Assembly (NCBI GenBank): GCA_043720935.1
Contig: JAYSRS010000377.1
Span: forward strand, 1 to 37,028
Source: Saprospiraceae bacterium
GTDB taxonomy: Bacteria > Bacteroidota > Bacteroidia > Chitinophagales > Saprospiraceae
Direction of reading: 5' to 3'
DNA length: 37,028 nt
The notes beneath the pieces are model-generated. The model was given only the letters and a program-made list of their open reading frames with translations. It had not been told where the DNA came from and did not search any database. Every line of letters begins with the position of its first letter. The stretch's first letter is position 1. This document shows, one piece after another, positions 1 to 8,741 of this stretch. The position numbers were made by a program, and so were the translations under genes.

Positions 1-135
1 CGTTAAAGAAAAACAAATGGATGACCTTTTGCAGAAAATACTCAACATATAAAGTTGAGTATCAACAGATTAGGAGCATTTTAATAACTACAAATTAAGG
101 ATTCGGTAGCCCGTTTTTACGTCGGTTACACGATT

Positions 136-483
136 GTGAAAGCCGAGCGCGAAGTGAAAAACGGCGTAACGACTTACGAAGTGACGGTTACAAACGGCAC
201 AATTACCCGCGAACTTACGTACTCCGCTACGGGTCAATTGATTAGCGATAAAGTGAAGGGAAGCGGCGGCAATAACGGCGGCGGCGGTAATGTTCTTGTA
301 AGTGCTATTCCGCAAGCGGCGTTGACTTATATTTCAACGAATTACGTTGGCTATACCATTCAAGAAGCCGAGCGCGACGTGGAAAATGGCGTAACGACCT
401 ACGAAGTAAAAATTAGAAATGGGTCGCTCAAAAAGACTTTGCTTTTCAGTGCCACTTGGGTTTTCTTACGTGAGAAACGTTAA
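136..483 (+). CDS. PepSY-like (DUF2874-type) two-repeat protein, probably a 5'-truncated remnant
   Basis: ORF track 136..483. It has two internal repeats (YVGYTI[VQ][KE]AER[ED]V[KE]NGVTTYEV). Similarity to the repeat continues upstream to nt 85, where an in-frame TAA (82-84) cuts it. There is no signal peptide and only a GTG start. Confidence 0.45.
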   Translation: MKAEREVKNGVTTYEVTVTNGTITRELTYSATGQLISDKVKGSGGNNGGGGNVLVSAIPQAALTYISTNYVGYTIQEAERDVENGVTTYEVKIRNGSLKKTLLFSATWVFLREKR

Positions 484-517
484 TTCTTTAATCGGTTTGC
501 TTTTCTAAAATTTGTCC

Positions 518-562
518 GCGCCTCCGAGTTATTGAGAATAGAGCGAGGAGGCGCATTTTTTT
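518..562 (+). terminator. Intrinsic terminator after the PepSY-like ORF
   Basis: GCGCCTCC (518-525) pairs with GGAGGCGC (547-554) and is followed by a T7 run (556-562). The loop is long (21 nt). Confidence 0.45.
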
Positions 563-730
563 AGTTTAAAAAAACAACGTTGATGGAAGCCTTTAAGCTA
601 ATATTTGAGCGACATAAACGACATAATTGTCTGTTTACTTGCTCGTCTTTTTGACCAATTAATGGATAAAATACAGTTGGTTTACTTTGCATACAGCGTA
701 TTGAAAACGCTTGATTTTAGGTGAGTTATT

Positions 731-762
731 GGTCGTTTTCGCATAGAAAACGACCTTTTTTT
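731..762 (+). terminator. Orphan canonical intrinsic terminator (possible sRNA or leader end)
   Basis: Perfect 10-bp stem GGTCGTTTTC (731-740) / GAAAACGACC (746-755), 5-nt loop, then T7 (756-762). No plus-strand ORF lies between 483 and 731. Confidence 0.5.
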
Positions 763-789
763 GATTTTAGCACCCCCTCAGTATTTTTG
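760..789 (+). promoter_or_regulatory. Candidate Bacteroidota sigma-A promoter for the 859..3159 receptor gene
   Basis: TTTG at 760-763 and TATTTTTG (TAnnTTTG form) at 782-789, with an 18-nt spacer, about 70 nt upstream of the ATG. The first TA of the -7 box is the last two bases of a CCCCTCAGTA motif copy. Confidence 0.35.
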
Positions 790-858
790 CTCAAAACGGA
801 CGTTTTTCATTACTTTTTCATCTATCGCATCATTCATATCATAAAATTACCTTTCTAA

Positions 859-3159
859 ATGTCACGCATTAAACTCCTAAAAATTGGCGTATTTCTACTG
901 ATGTCAACGGCAGTTTTTGCCCAAAATATCACATTAAGCGGCTATGTCCGCGATGCCAAAAATGCAGAATCGCTGATTGGAGCGACCATTTTTGAAACCA
1001 ACCACAAACTCGGCACGACGACCAACGAATATGGCTATTATTCCCTCACCGTTCCGTTAGCGGATACGATTGGTTTGGTCATTTCTTTTGTCGGATATCA
1101 GGCGCAAGCAAAAAAAATTTCCACTAAAATAAACACCCGTGTTGATGTTGATTTGAACGATAATGCCGCCGAATTAGGCGAAGTCGTGGTGCAAGCAACG
1201 CGCAACGACGACAATGTGCAACGCGCCAAAATGGGCGTTATTGACGTGCCGATGCGGTCAATCAACACGCTGCCCGTCATTGGTGGTGAACGCGATATTT
1301 TAAAAATTATTCAATTGTTGCCCGGTGTTCAAGCGGGGCAGGAGGGAACAACGGGCTATTTTGTGCGCGGCGGCAATCTCGACCAAAATTTGGTTTTATT
1401 GGACGAGGCAACGGTCTATAATCCGAACCATTTATTCGGTTTGTTCAGCACGTTTAATGTCAACGCTATTAATAATGTGAAGTTGATAAAAGGCGGTTTT
1501 CCCGCCCAATTTGGGGGTAGATTAAGCTCGATTTTGGATATTCAGATGAAAGATGGCGACAAAAAGCACTTTCATACTGAGGGGGGTATTGGTTTGCTAT
1601 CCGCTAATATAACGCTGCAAGGCCCGCTTCAAAAAGAAAAATCATCGTTCATTATTTCGGCTCGACGGAGTTATATTGACCTACTTTTAAAACCCTTTAC
1701 ACCCGCCGCACAACAAGGCACAACGTATTATTTGTACGATGTAAACGCCAAATTGAACTATGAAATCGGCAAAAAAGACCACTTATTTTTGAGTATTTTC
1801 AACGGTAAAGACAATGCCGCTTACACGGGCGCGAACAGCTTGAACTATGGTATTGATTTTGGCAACACGGCAGGTACGTTTCGTTGGAATCACCTCTTTG
1901 GCAACAAATTATTTATGAATACATCGGTCGTTTTCAACGATTATCACCTTGGTTTAGGGTCAACGCAAGGGCAATATTACGCCTTGTTGTACACAGCGAT
2001 AAACGATGTGGCGGCAAAAACGGACGTAACTTTTATCCCAAATCCACAGCACGAAATTAAATTTGGCGTGAATTATACCTATCACACCCTCTATCCCGCG
2101 TCGGCTTCCGCCAAAATTCCGAAAAGCGGCAACCGCACAACCGTCAACCGCGACAGTATTCCACGCCGTTATTCCAACGAATTTGCCGCTTATTTTAGCG
2201 ACGAATGGAAAATTAGCGACCCCCTCAGTATAAACGTCGGTTTGCGCGTTCCAACTTTTTTTACCACGACAAAATCTTACACTTTCGTTGAACCCCGCGT
2301 CACGGCTAAATATTCACTTGACAAAATGACTTCGGTAAAGGCTTCTTTTACCCAAATGAATCAGTTTTTACACCTCGTTCCAAGCAGTACCGCGTCGCTG
2401 CCGACCGATATTTGGATTTCGTCAAGTGCGCTCGTCAAGCCGCAAACGAGTACGCAATTTGCGCTCGGCGTCTTCAAAAATTTTCAAGATAACGGCATTG
2501 AGGCAAGCATTGAAGGCTATTACAAGGACATGAAAAACCAAGTTTTGTTCAAAGAAGGCACGCAAGTCATTTTGGCAACCGACCTCGAAAGCGTCCTAAC
2601 TTTCGGAAATGGAACGTCTTACGGATTAGAATTTTTTGTAAAGAAAAACTTTGGCAAACTCACAGGTTGGACGAGTTACACCTTATCAAAAACGACTCAA
2701 ACCTTTGCCGCACTCAACAACGGCAGCCCGTTTCCTTTTACTTACGACCGCCGCCACAACCTCGCTATTGCCGCGACTTACGACCTCACACCCCGTTGGA
2801 CACTCTCGGCAGACTTCGTTTTCACAACGGGCAGTGCCTTTACTTTACCCGCAGGACGTGTTCCCGTTTTTCAAGACGGCTCGTTGTACGATGGCGTTTA
2901 TTACGATTACACAACCCGCAACAACGCCCGTTTGAACAATTATCATCGGCTCGATGTGAGTGCTTCGTACAAAAAAGAGCGCAAGATATTTGGCAGAAAA
3001 TACGAATCTGAATGGGTTTTTGGAGCTTATAATTTGTACAGCCGCTTGAATCCATATTTCGTTTATTTGGCAACCGACCCAATTACAAAAGTACCCGAAG
3101 CAAGGCAAGTGTCTTTGCTGCCTATTATTCCAAGTGTGGCATTTAATTTTAAATTTTAA
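859..3159 (+). CDS. TonB-dependent outer-membrane receptor (CarboxypepD_reg N-domain, plug, beta-barrel)
   Basis: 766-aa ORF with a signal peptide ending AVFAQN and a GYVRD..ESLIGATI carboxypeptidase-regulatory-like domain. It has plug motifs (PGVQ, FVRGG), a long barrel and a terminal aromatic residue (FKF). Confidence 0.9.
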   Translation: MSRIKLLKIGVFLLMSTAVFAQNITLSGYVRDAKNAESLIGATIFETNHKLGTTTNEYGYYSLTVPLADTIGLVISFVGYQAQAKKISTKINTRVDVDLNDNAAELGEVVVQATRNDDNVQRAKMGVIDVPMRSINTLPVIGGERDILKIIQLLPGVQAGQEGTTGYFVRGGNLDQNLVLLDEATVYNPNHLFGLFSTFNVNAINNVKLIKGGFPAQFGGRLSSILDIQMKDGDKKHFHTEGGIGLLSANITLQGPLQKEKSSFIISARRSYIDLLLKPFTPAAQQGTTYYLYDVNAKLNYEIGKKDHLFLSIFNGKDNAAYTGANSLNYGIDFGNTAGTFRWNHLFGNKLFMNTSVVFNDYHLGLGSTQGQYYALLYTAINDVAAKTDVTFIPNPQHEIKFGVNYTYHTLYPASASAKIPKSGNRTTVNRDSIPRRYSNEFAAYFSDEWKISDPLSINVGLRVPTFFTTTKSYTFVEPRVTAKYSLDKMTSVKASFTQMNQFLHLVPSSTASLPTDIWISSSALVKPQTSTQFALGVFKNFQDNGIEASIEGYYKDMKNQVLFKEGTQVILATDLESVLTFGNGTSYGLEFFVKKNFGKLTGWTSYTLSKTTQTFAALNNGSPFPFTYDRRHNLAIAATYDLTPRWTLSADFVFTTGSAFTLPAGRVPVFQDGSLYDGVYYDYTTRNNARLNNYHRLDVSASYKKERKIFGRKYESEWVFGAYNLYSRLNPYFVYLATDPITKVPEARQVSLLPIIPSVAFNFKF

Positions 3160-3190
3160 ACGTGTTGCGTCATTTAACAATCAATCAACG

Positions 3191-4081
3191 ATGAAAAATA
3201 GCTTATTCTTAATTATTTCTATTATTTTTTTCGCCGCTTGCGAAAAAACAATCAGCATTGCGCCCGTCGCTTACACCAACAAACTAAACATTCAATGTGC
3301 CCTTGAGCCCGATTCAACGCCCGTTTTGTACCTCTACCGAACAGTGCCCTTTTTTGACCCCGCCATTACCGCAAGTCAATTGTTTGTTCGCAATGCCACC
3401 GTCGAAATCAACAGCACCGACGGCACAGACCGCCTTGCACCTGACAGTGTTTACAACGGTTTGAAATGCGAGTACGAATATTTTTATCGGGGTAAAAGTC
3501 TAACGAAAGCCAATAAAACGTACAGCCTTAAAATTGTTTGGAATGGGCAAACATTCAACGCAACAACGGCTACGACGCCGCAACCCGTCAAGGTTGACAG
3601 CGTTGGTTATACGACCGCATTTAACGATTTATACGGCGAACACGAAGGCGTTATTGTCTATTTCAATGGTTTGGCGGGGCGGTCGAATTACTACCGTTAC
3701 GAAATGCGGCGGCAAGTGGATTCGAGCCAAAAATATGCGAGTAGTGCTTTGAATAAAGTGTGTATTGGCAATAAAATCCTAAATGTTTTAGAAATCGGTC
3801 GCTCCGTTTATGACGGTACAGACCTCGGTGGGCAGCAGAACAAACTGGTCATTGAACCCGCTTTTTCACATCGAAAAGATTTAGTCGGGGCAGTTCGTAT
3901 CCAAACGATTGACAAAGCCACGTATGATTTTTTTAACAATCTCGACCGTCAAAAATTAGCGCAACTTAATCCGTTTGTCGAACCCATTTTTGTCAAATCG
4001 GGGCAATTTGGTGAGACGGCGATTGGCTATTTTGGTGCTTTGGTGAGAAGTCCGCCCGTTAGGTTTGTGTTTCCTGAATAA
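3191..4081 (+). CDS. DUF4249-like lipoprotein, partner of the upstream TonB-dependent receptor
   Basis: The internal ATG at 3191 gives MKNSLFLIISIIFFAAC (lipoprotein signal with Cys). It lies directly downstream of a CarboxypepD_reg receptor, a pairing common in Bacteroidota. The family call is from memory, not a search. Confidence 0.6.
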   Translation: MKNSLFLIISIIFFAACEKTISIAPVAYTNKLNIQCALEPDSTPVLYLYRTVPFFDPAITASQLFVRNATVEINSTDGTDRLAPDSVYNGLKCEYEYFYRGKSLTKANKTYSLKIVWNGQTFNATTATTPQPVKVDSVGYTTAFNDLYGEHEGVIVYFNGLAGRSNYYRYEMRRQVDSSQKYASSALNKVCIGNKILNVLEIGRSVYDGTDLGGQQNKLVIEPAFSHRKDLVGAVRIQTIDKATYDFFNNLDRQKLAQLNPFVEPIFVKSGQFGETAIGYFGALVRSPPVRFVFPE

Positions 4082-4315
4082 CGTAAGGAACGTAAAATAA
4101 ATAAAAACGTGATTTGATACGCACTGTTTTTCGCTGCGCGAAAAAGGCGTGCGGGAAGAAAATCTATCGGAGGCAGCTTGTTTTTTGAAAGGAAATCTAC
4201 GATTTCCTTTCAAAAAACAAGCTGCCTCCTTAAAAAACCCTTGGAAGGGCGTCTTTCGAGCGCAGCGAGAAACAGCCCGTAAAACGCGCTTTTATTTTTC
4301 CAACATTCCTTATGT
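4081..4315. repeat. Family B nested long palindromic element, copy 1
   Basis: Three tiers of inverted repeats. The outer tier is 4081-4109 / 4287-4315. The middle arms are about 4119-4160 / 4246-4280. The centre is a perfect 29-bp stem, 4169-4197 / 4201-4229, with a 3-nt loop. The middle arms recur at 34415-34577. Confidence 0.85.
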
Positions 4316-4376
4316 CTCTATGTGTTTCACAATAAAATCATGATTCTATATATTTCACTCTTTAAAAAATGATGTA

Positions 4377-5141
4377 ATGACAACTAAATTCTTTTTCAAC
4401 GCCGTAAAATACGCATTGATATTTACGGTACTTTGCAGCAGTCAATCCGTTTTTTCACAAAAAATACGGCTTGACACCTTGACTGATTTGAGTAATCCCG
4501 CTTCAAAAGAGGCGATATATAAAACGCCTCAAGGCGCGTTGTACAAAGTAAAATTTGTCAACGACCCTTTTGAGGTGGTTACAGAAAACGCAGTAACCAT
4601 CAATTGTGCAGACAGCACCTTTGCGGGTCAAGCGCGAAAAGGGGCGAAAACCTCCGTTGTCAAAGCCACAACCGAAGATTTTGCGACCGTATCGGCACTC
4701 ATAAACGGATTAGCCAAAGATGCCGTCGTGCGGTCAAAACTTACGAGCCGCAGTGCGCGTATTGCAGAAGAGAACCGTTATGTTCGACTTGTGAAAGATA
4801 CGTATCTTTTTGCTTTAAAAAAAGAAAGTGATAACGATTATCACGTTATCATCGGCGACAACAAAAATCCCAAAAAAGCGACCTTTTTCAATGTCGAAGT
4901 ATCGGGATTGGCAGCTTCAAACAAGCAAATAGCCGCCGTTCGCAAGGCTTTTGAACAACAATTTGTCAATCTATGCAGCAGCAGTTACGTGTTGTTTGCG
5001 GCAAATCCAATTAAAATTCAAATTGAAGGCAGTGTTTTTTTTGATGTTGACCACAAACCCGGGCAAATTGGTCCCGCAGGGTTTCAACCCGCAACGAGTT
5101 GGGAAATTCATCCGATTTCAAAAATTGCCTTTTTGAAATAA
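4377..5141 (+). CDS. Secreted hypothetical protein
   Basis: 254-aa ORF with an N-terminal signal peptide (FTVLCSSQSVFSQ). No family recognised. Confidence 0.6.
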   Translation: MTTKFFFNAVKYALIFTVLCSSQSVFSQKIRLDTLTDLSNPASKEAIYKTPQGALYKVKFVNDPFEVVTENAVTINCADSTFAGQARKGAKTSVVKATTEDFATVSALINGLAKDAVVRSKLTSRSARIAEENRYVRLVKDTYLFALKKESDNDYHVIIGDNKNPKKATFFNVEVSGLAASNKQIAAVRKAFEQQFVNLCSSSYVLFAANPIKIQIEGSVFFDVDHKPGQIGPAGFQPATSWEIHPISKIAFLK

Positions 5142-5177
5142 ATAAGCATTAAGTGCTTAGACAAAATGATTTAGCAG

Positions 5178-5214
5178 ATAACTTGACGCGGGTTCAAAAC
5201 CCGCGTCAAGTTAT
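5178..5214. repeat. Family C (AACTTGACGC-type) gene-end hairpin
   Basis: Perfect 17-bp stem ATAACTTGACGCGGGTT / AACCCGCGTCAAGTTAT with a 3-nt loop, 37 nt after the stop at 5141. No U-tract follows. Confidence 0.8.
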
Positions 5215-5317
5215 AACTCATTCTAACTCATTGAAAATCAATTTTTTAGTAAAAATACTGAGGGGGTATCTACACTTTGAATTTTTTAAAAAATCATCAA
5301 ACTAAATTTTAAAATCT

Positions 5318-6061
5318 ATGAATAAACTACCAATTCTTACAATTTCCTTTTGGATAATGAAAATTTGCGCCACCACACTTGGCGAAACGGCGGGCGATTT
5401 ATTGTCCATGACGTTAAACATTGGTTACGCCTTGAGTTCAATTTTACTGTTGGCTTTTTTCATCGCAACGCTTAGTGGTCAACTGTTGTCAAAGACTTTT
5501 AACCCGCTTATTTATTGGTCGGTCATTCTCGCAACGAGTACCGCAGGCACAACAATGTCCGATTTTATGGACAGAACTTTGGGTTTAGGCTATGCAACAG
5601 GCTCAATAATTTTATCCGCATTGCTCATAATCACTTTAATTATTTGGAAAAAAACCGAAAAATCATTGTCCGTCACCGACATCAAATCCTTTCGCGGGGA
5701 GATTTTTTATTGGACAGCTATTTTATTTTCCAATACACTCGGCACAGCCTTAGGCGATTTTTTAGCGGACAGTTCGGGATTAGGTTTTGAAGGCGGTGCG
5801 TTACTCATTGGTAGCCTTTTGGCTTTGATTATTGTGGCTTATTATTTCACCAAAATATCGCGTATCGCTTTATTTTGGTTGGCTTTTGTTCTCACAAGAC
5901 CTTTCGGCGCAACGCTTGGCGACTTATTGACCAAAACAAAAGAAAAAGGCGGCTTAAATTTCGGCACGGTCGGTTCGTCTTTAGTCCTCTTTGTTATCTT
6001 GGTTATTTTAATTGCGATTTCAATTTTTCAACTTAAAAAAACGCCTAAAAGCAATGTCTAA
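5318..6061 (+). CDS. Polytopic membrane protein with four internal repeats (COG4705-like, tentative)
   Basis: 247-aa hydrophobic ORF. A repeated signature occurs four times: LGETAGD, TTMSDFMD, LGTALGD, GATLGD. Confidence 0.6.
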   Translation: MNKLPILTISFWIMKICATTLGETAGDLLSMTLNIGYALSSILLLAFFIATLSGQLLSKTFNPLIYWSVILATSTAGTTMSDFMDRTLGLGYATGSIILSALLIITLIIWKKTEKSLSVTDIKSFRGEIFYWTAILFSNTLGTALGDFLADSSGLGFEGGALLIGSLLALIIVAYYFTKISRIALFWLAFVLTRPFGATLGDLLTKTKEKGGLNFGTVGSSLVLFVILVILIAISIFQLKKTPKSNV

Positions 6062-6105
6062 AAACGAGCTTATAAAATAGCGCGAAGGTGTTAAATTTAC
6101 TTTTT

Positions 6106-6290
6106 TACTGAGGGGGTATCTTATTGCGGCGTAGCTGCAAAATCTCGGTAATACTAACTTTGAGCATGAGTTTTACTATGCGGTGTAACCGCAAAACAGC
6201 GCGTTTAGCGGTTACACCGCAAAGGAAATTGGGCTATCGAGTCGTGTTACCAAGATTTTGCAGCTACGCCGCAATAAGACACCCTTTACT
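6106..6290. mobile_element. Family A MITE-like palindromic element, copy 1
   Basis: Perfect 26-bp terminal inverted repeat CTTATTGCGGCGTAGCTGCAAAATCT (6120-6145) / 6253-6278. Inner 13-bp hairpin GCGGTGTAACCGC...GCGGTTACACCGC. TACTGAGGGG (6106-6115) abuts the left repeat. A second copy is at 27553-27730. Confidence 0.8.
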
Positions 6291-6344
6291 ACCTTGCGAC
6301 ATAAAGCCAATAATTCCGTAATCAATAATCAACTACTCGCTAAT

Positions 6345-8721
6345 ATGCAACGAAAAATACAACGGAAAATACAACTCCTCAATCTACTTTTAACGCTCTG
6401 TTTAAGCACCGCGTTTGCTCAAAACATAACAATTCCAAGCATGAAGACCCCCAAAATGGGATTAACCCTTAATGGCGGCGGCGTAAAAGGCTTGGCGCAC
6501 ATTGGCGTTTTGCGGATGATTGATTCGCTCGACATTCGGATTGATTGCATTTCGGCAACGAGCATGGGCAGCATCGTCGGAGCGATGTACGCGGTGGGTT
6601 ATTCGGGTGACGACATCAAACGCATCGCCCTAAATGACATTGATTGGTCGCGGATGCTCTCTAACGCGCCGCCTCTCAACGAAGTGGCTTTTGAGGAAAA
6701 AGACGAATTTGGTCGCTATACGCTTGAATTGCCGATGACAGGTTGGCGACCTACCGCGCCGCGTGCGTTCATCGAAGGGCAGTACGTTTTGGCACTTTTC
6801 AACTATTATACCCACAATGTTCGCCACATTTCACGTTTTTCAAAGCTGCCAATTCCTTTGCGGCTCATGGGTTCGGACATTCTCAACGGCGGCTCGGTAC
6901 GCTTAGATTCGGGCAGTTTAGCGGTAGCTATGCGGGCATCAATGGCGATTCCTGTGGTGTTTACGCCCTTATTTTGCAACGGATATTTGCTCGTGGACGG
7001 TGGTTTAGATAAAAATTTTGCCGTTGATGAAGCCCTCGACATGGGCGCGACGCAAGTAATTGGCAGCTACACGGGTTTTTCGGGTTTATGACAAAAGTGA
7101 AATATCAAGCCCCGCCAAACTCATCGCTCAAACTTACGCTTTTAGTTCGGTCAAAGAAGCAACGGCGCAAATGAAACGGGCAACGCTCGTCGTTAACCAC
7201 AACGACGCCCTTAAAAAATATTCGCCAACCGATTTTGCTAATTACGCCGATATTATCCGCATCGGCGAAATTGAAGCCCGTAAAATGCTGCCTGAACTCC
7301 AACGCCTTGCCGATGAACAGCACCGACACCCGACCGCCGCAAAACCACAACACCCCGCCGACCCGCAGTTGCCGATAGATAAAATTGATTTTTTGACCAC
7401 GACCGACCAAAATATACCCCCCTCAGTACAAAAGTTTGCGGAGGCTCGTTTGGGACTAAAAGTGGACAGTATTTACACGGCAAACCAAATTCGACAAGCA
7501 ACTAACCGACTTTATGGCAGTCGTTTTTTTGAAAATGTCTATTTGGCTTTCGACAGCACCCGCCTCCGTGTGCATCTCAAAAATGACGACCCTGACCACC
7601 TCAAAGTGGGTTTACACTACGATAGTTACAGCAGCGTCGGTGTGATTGTAAACTACACCAATCGGCATTTAGGCTTGCCAAATAGTCGTTTTGTGGCAAC
7701 TTTGGCGGCTGCCGAACGCTTGAAAGGACGCGCCAACTACCAATTTTATGTAGATAAAAATTTTAGATTTTGGTCAAAAACCTTTTTTAACTACGAAAAT
7801 CAAACGGGCAAAGAGGTTATTGGTCAATACGAGGATTTTCAGAATTACAATGCCGAACGCTACGATTACGGCACGGGCTTGGGCTATTCGAGCAGCGTAA
7901 ATAGCGGTTTTTTCCTTAGTTTTCAACGCGAACACCATCTTTTGCGCCGCAACCGCGCCCTTCGTCTCCTTTTTGACGACGTGCCAATTTACGCCTACAA
8001 CCACGTTTCCAACAGCCTTAATCTCAATTGGACGCGCAATACTTTCAACAACGTTTATTTTCCGACGAAAGGCAGCCTCACGCAATTTGACGTTAGTTGG
8101 CGGTTTCAAAATCGCCTCGAACTCGACATTTTAGGACTCGAAGGGGCGACCGATTCAGTGGCTTTGCGGTTGCTGATTGCCCCAAAAGCGACCGATTTTG
8201 TCCCGTCGCAAGTGGGGCGTTTTTTGTTCCGTCATCAATCCGTGTTACCGATTTCGCCGCATCTTTCGTTGATTATGGGTGCAAATTGGGGCGGACTTTG
8301 GGATGCAAAAGGGCGTGATAGTTTGTATTTTCCGACGGATACGGTAGTTGGTTCGTCTCGCTACGTTTTTCTCAACAACCGTCTTTCCGTCGGCGGGACA
8401 CGGTTGCGCGAAGCCCCGAATCAACTCAATTTCACGGGTTTGTATCCAGGAGAAATAGCTACTTTTTCCAACGTCACCACTTTCAATTTAGCCATTCAAT
8501 ACACGCCGCTTCGCCATTTGTTTTTGACGCCTTCGCTGTCTTTTGGCTTCGCTAATCCACTCGGTTTTCGTCCTTTTAGCGGTTGGCAACGCGCCGATTT
8601 GCATTGGTTTGGTTATGGTGTTCGGTTGAGTTATCAGTCGCCGATTGGACCTTTTGTGCTTGGTTTTGAGCAAAGCAATGACCTTTGGCGGGGGTATTTT
8701 TCGGCGGGTTTCCCGTTTTGA
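6345..8721 (+). pseudogene. PlpD-like patatin phospholipase fused to an Omp85-type beta-barrel (type Vd architecture), split by a +1 frameshift
   Basis: The ATG at 6345 gives a signal peptide (LCLSTAFAQN). Patatin motifs are present: GGGVKG, SMGS, LVDGG. The reading frame changes inside a T5 run (7076-7080); deleting one T joins ..GSYTGF to RVYDKSEISS... The C-terminal barrel ends GFPF. Confidence 0.7.
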
Positions 8722-8741
8722 GTGACCCCCTCAGTATTTTT

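Noticed and set aside
563-858. A riboswitch (cobalamin, TPP and similar) upstream of the TonB-dependent receptor gene.
   Set aside because: I could not find a B12-box-like GCCACTG, a TPP CTGAGA/ACCTGA pair or other signature elements. Only the orphan terminator is supported.
4149-4343. ORF-track entries inside palindromic elements: 3956..4213, 4149..4343, 6124..6321, 21252..21434, 27643..27843 and 34430..34648.
   Set aside because: Each lies wholly within a long inverted repeat. Its mirror ORF appears on the other strand or in the other copy (for example LQLRRNKTP in both family A copies). None has a signal, a domain or a sensible start context. They are repeat read-through artefacts.
6120-6278. 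Family A element as an invertible DNA switch. The inner loop of copy 2 aligns better with the reverse complement of the loop of copy 1, while the outer right flanks are co-oriented.
   Set aside because: The element and its loop are themselves nearly palindromic (about 13 of 15 versus 10 of 15 matches), so orientation cannot be decided by eye from two copies. No recombinase gene is adjacent.
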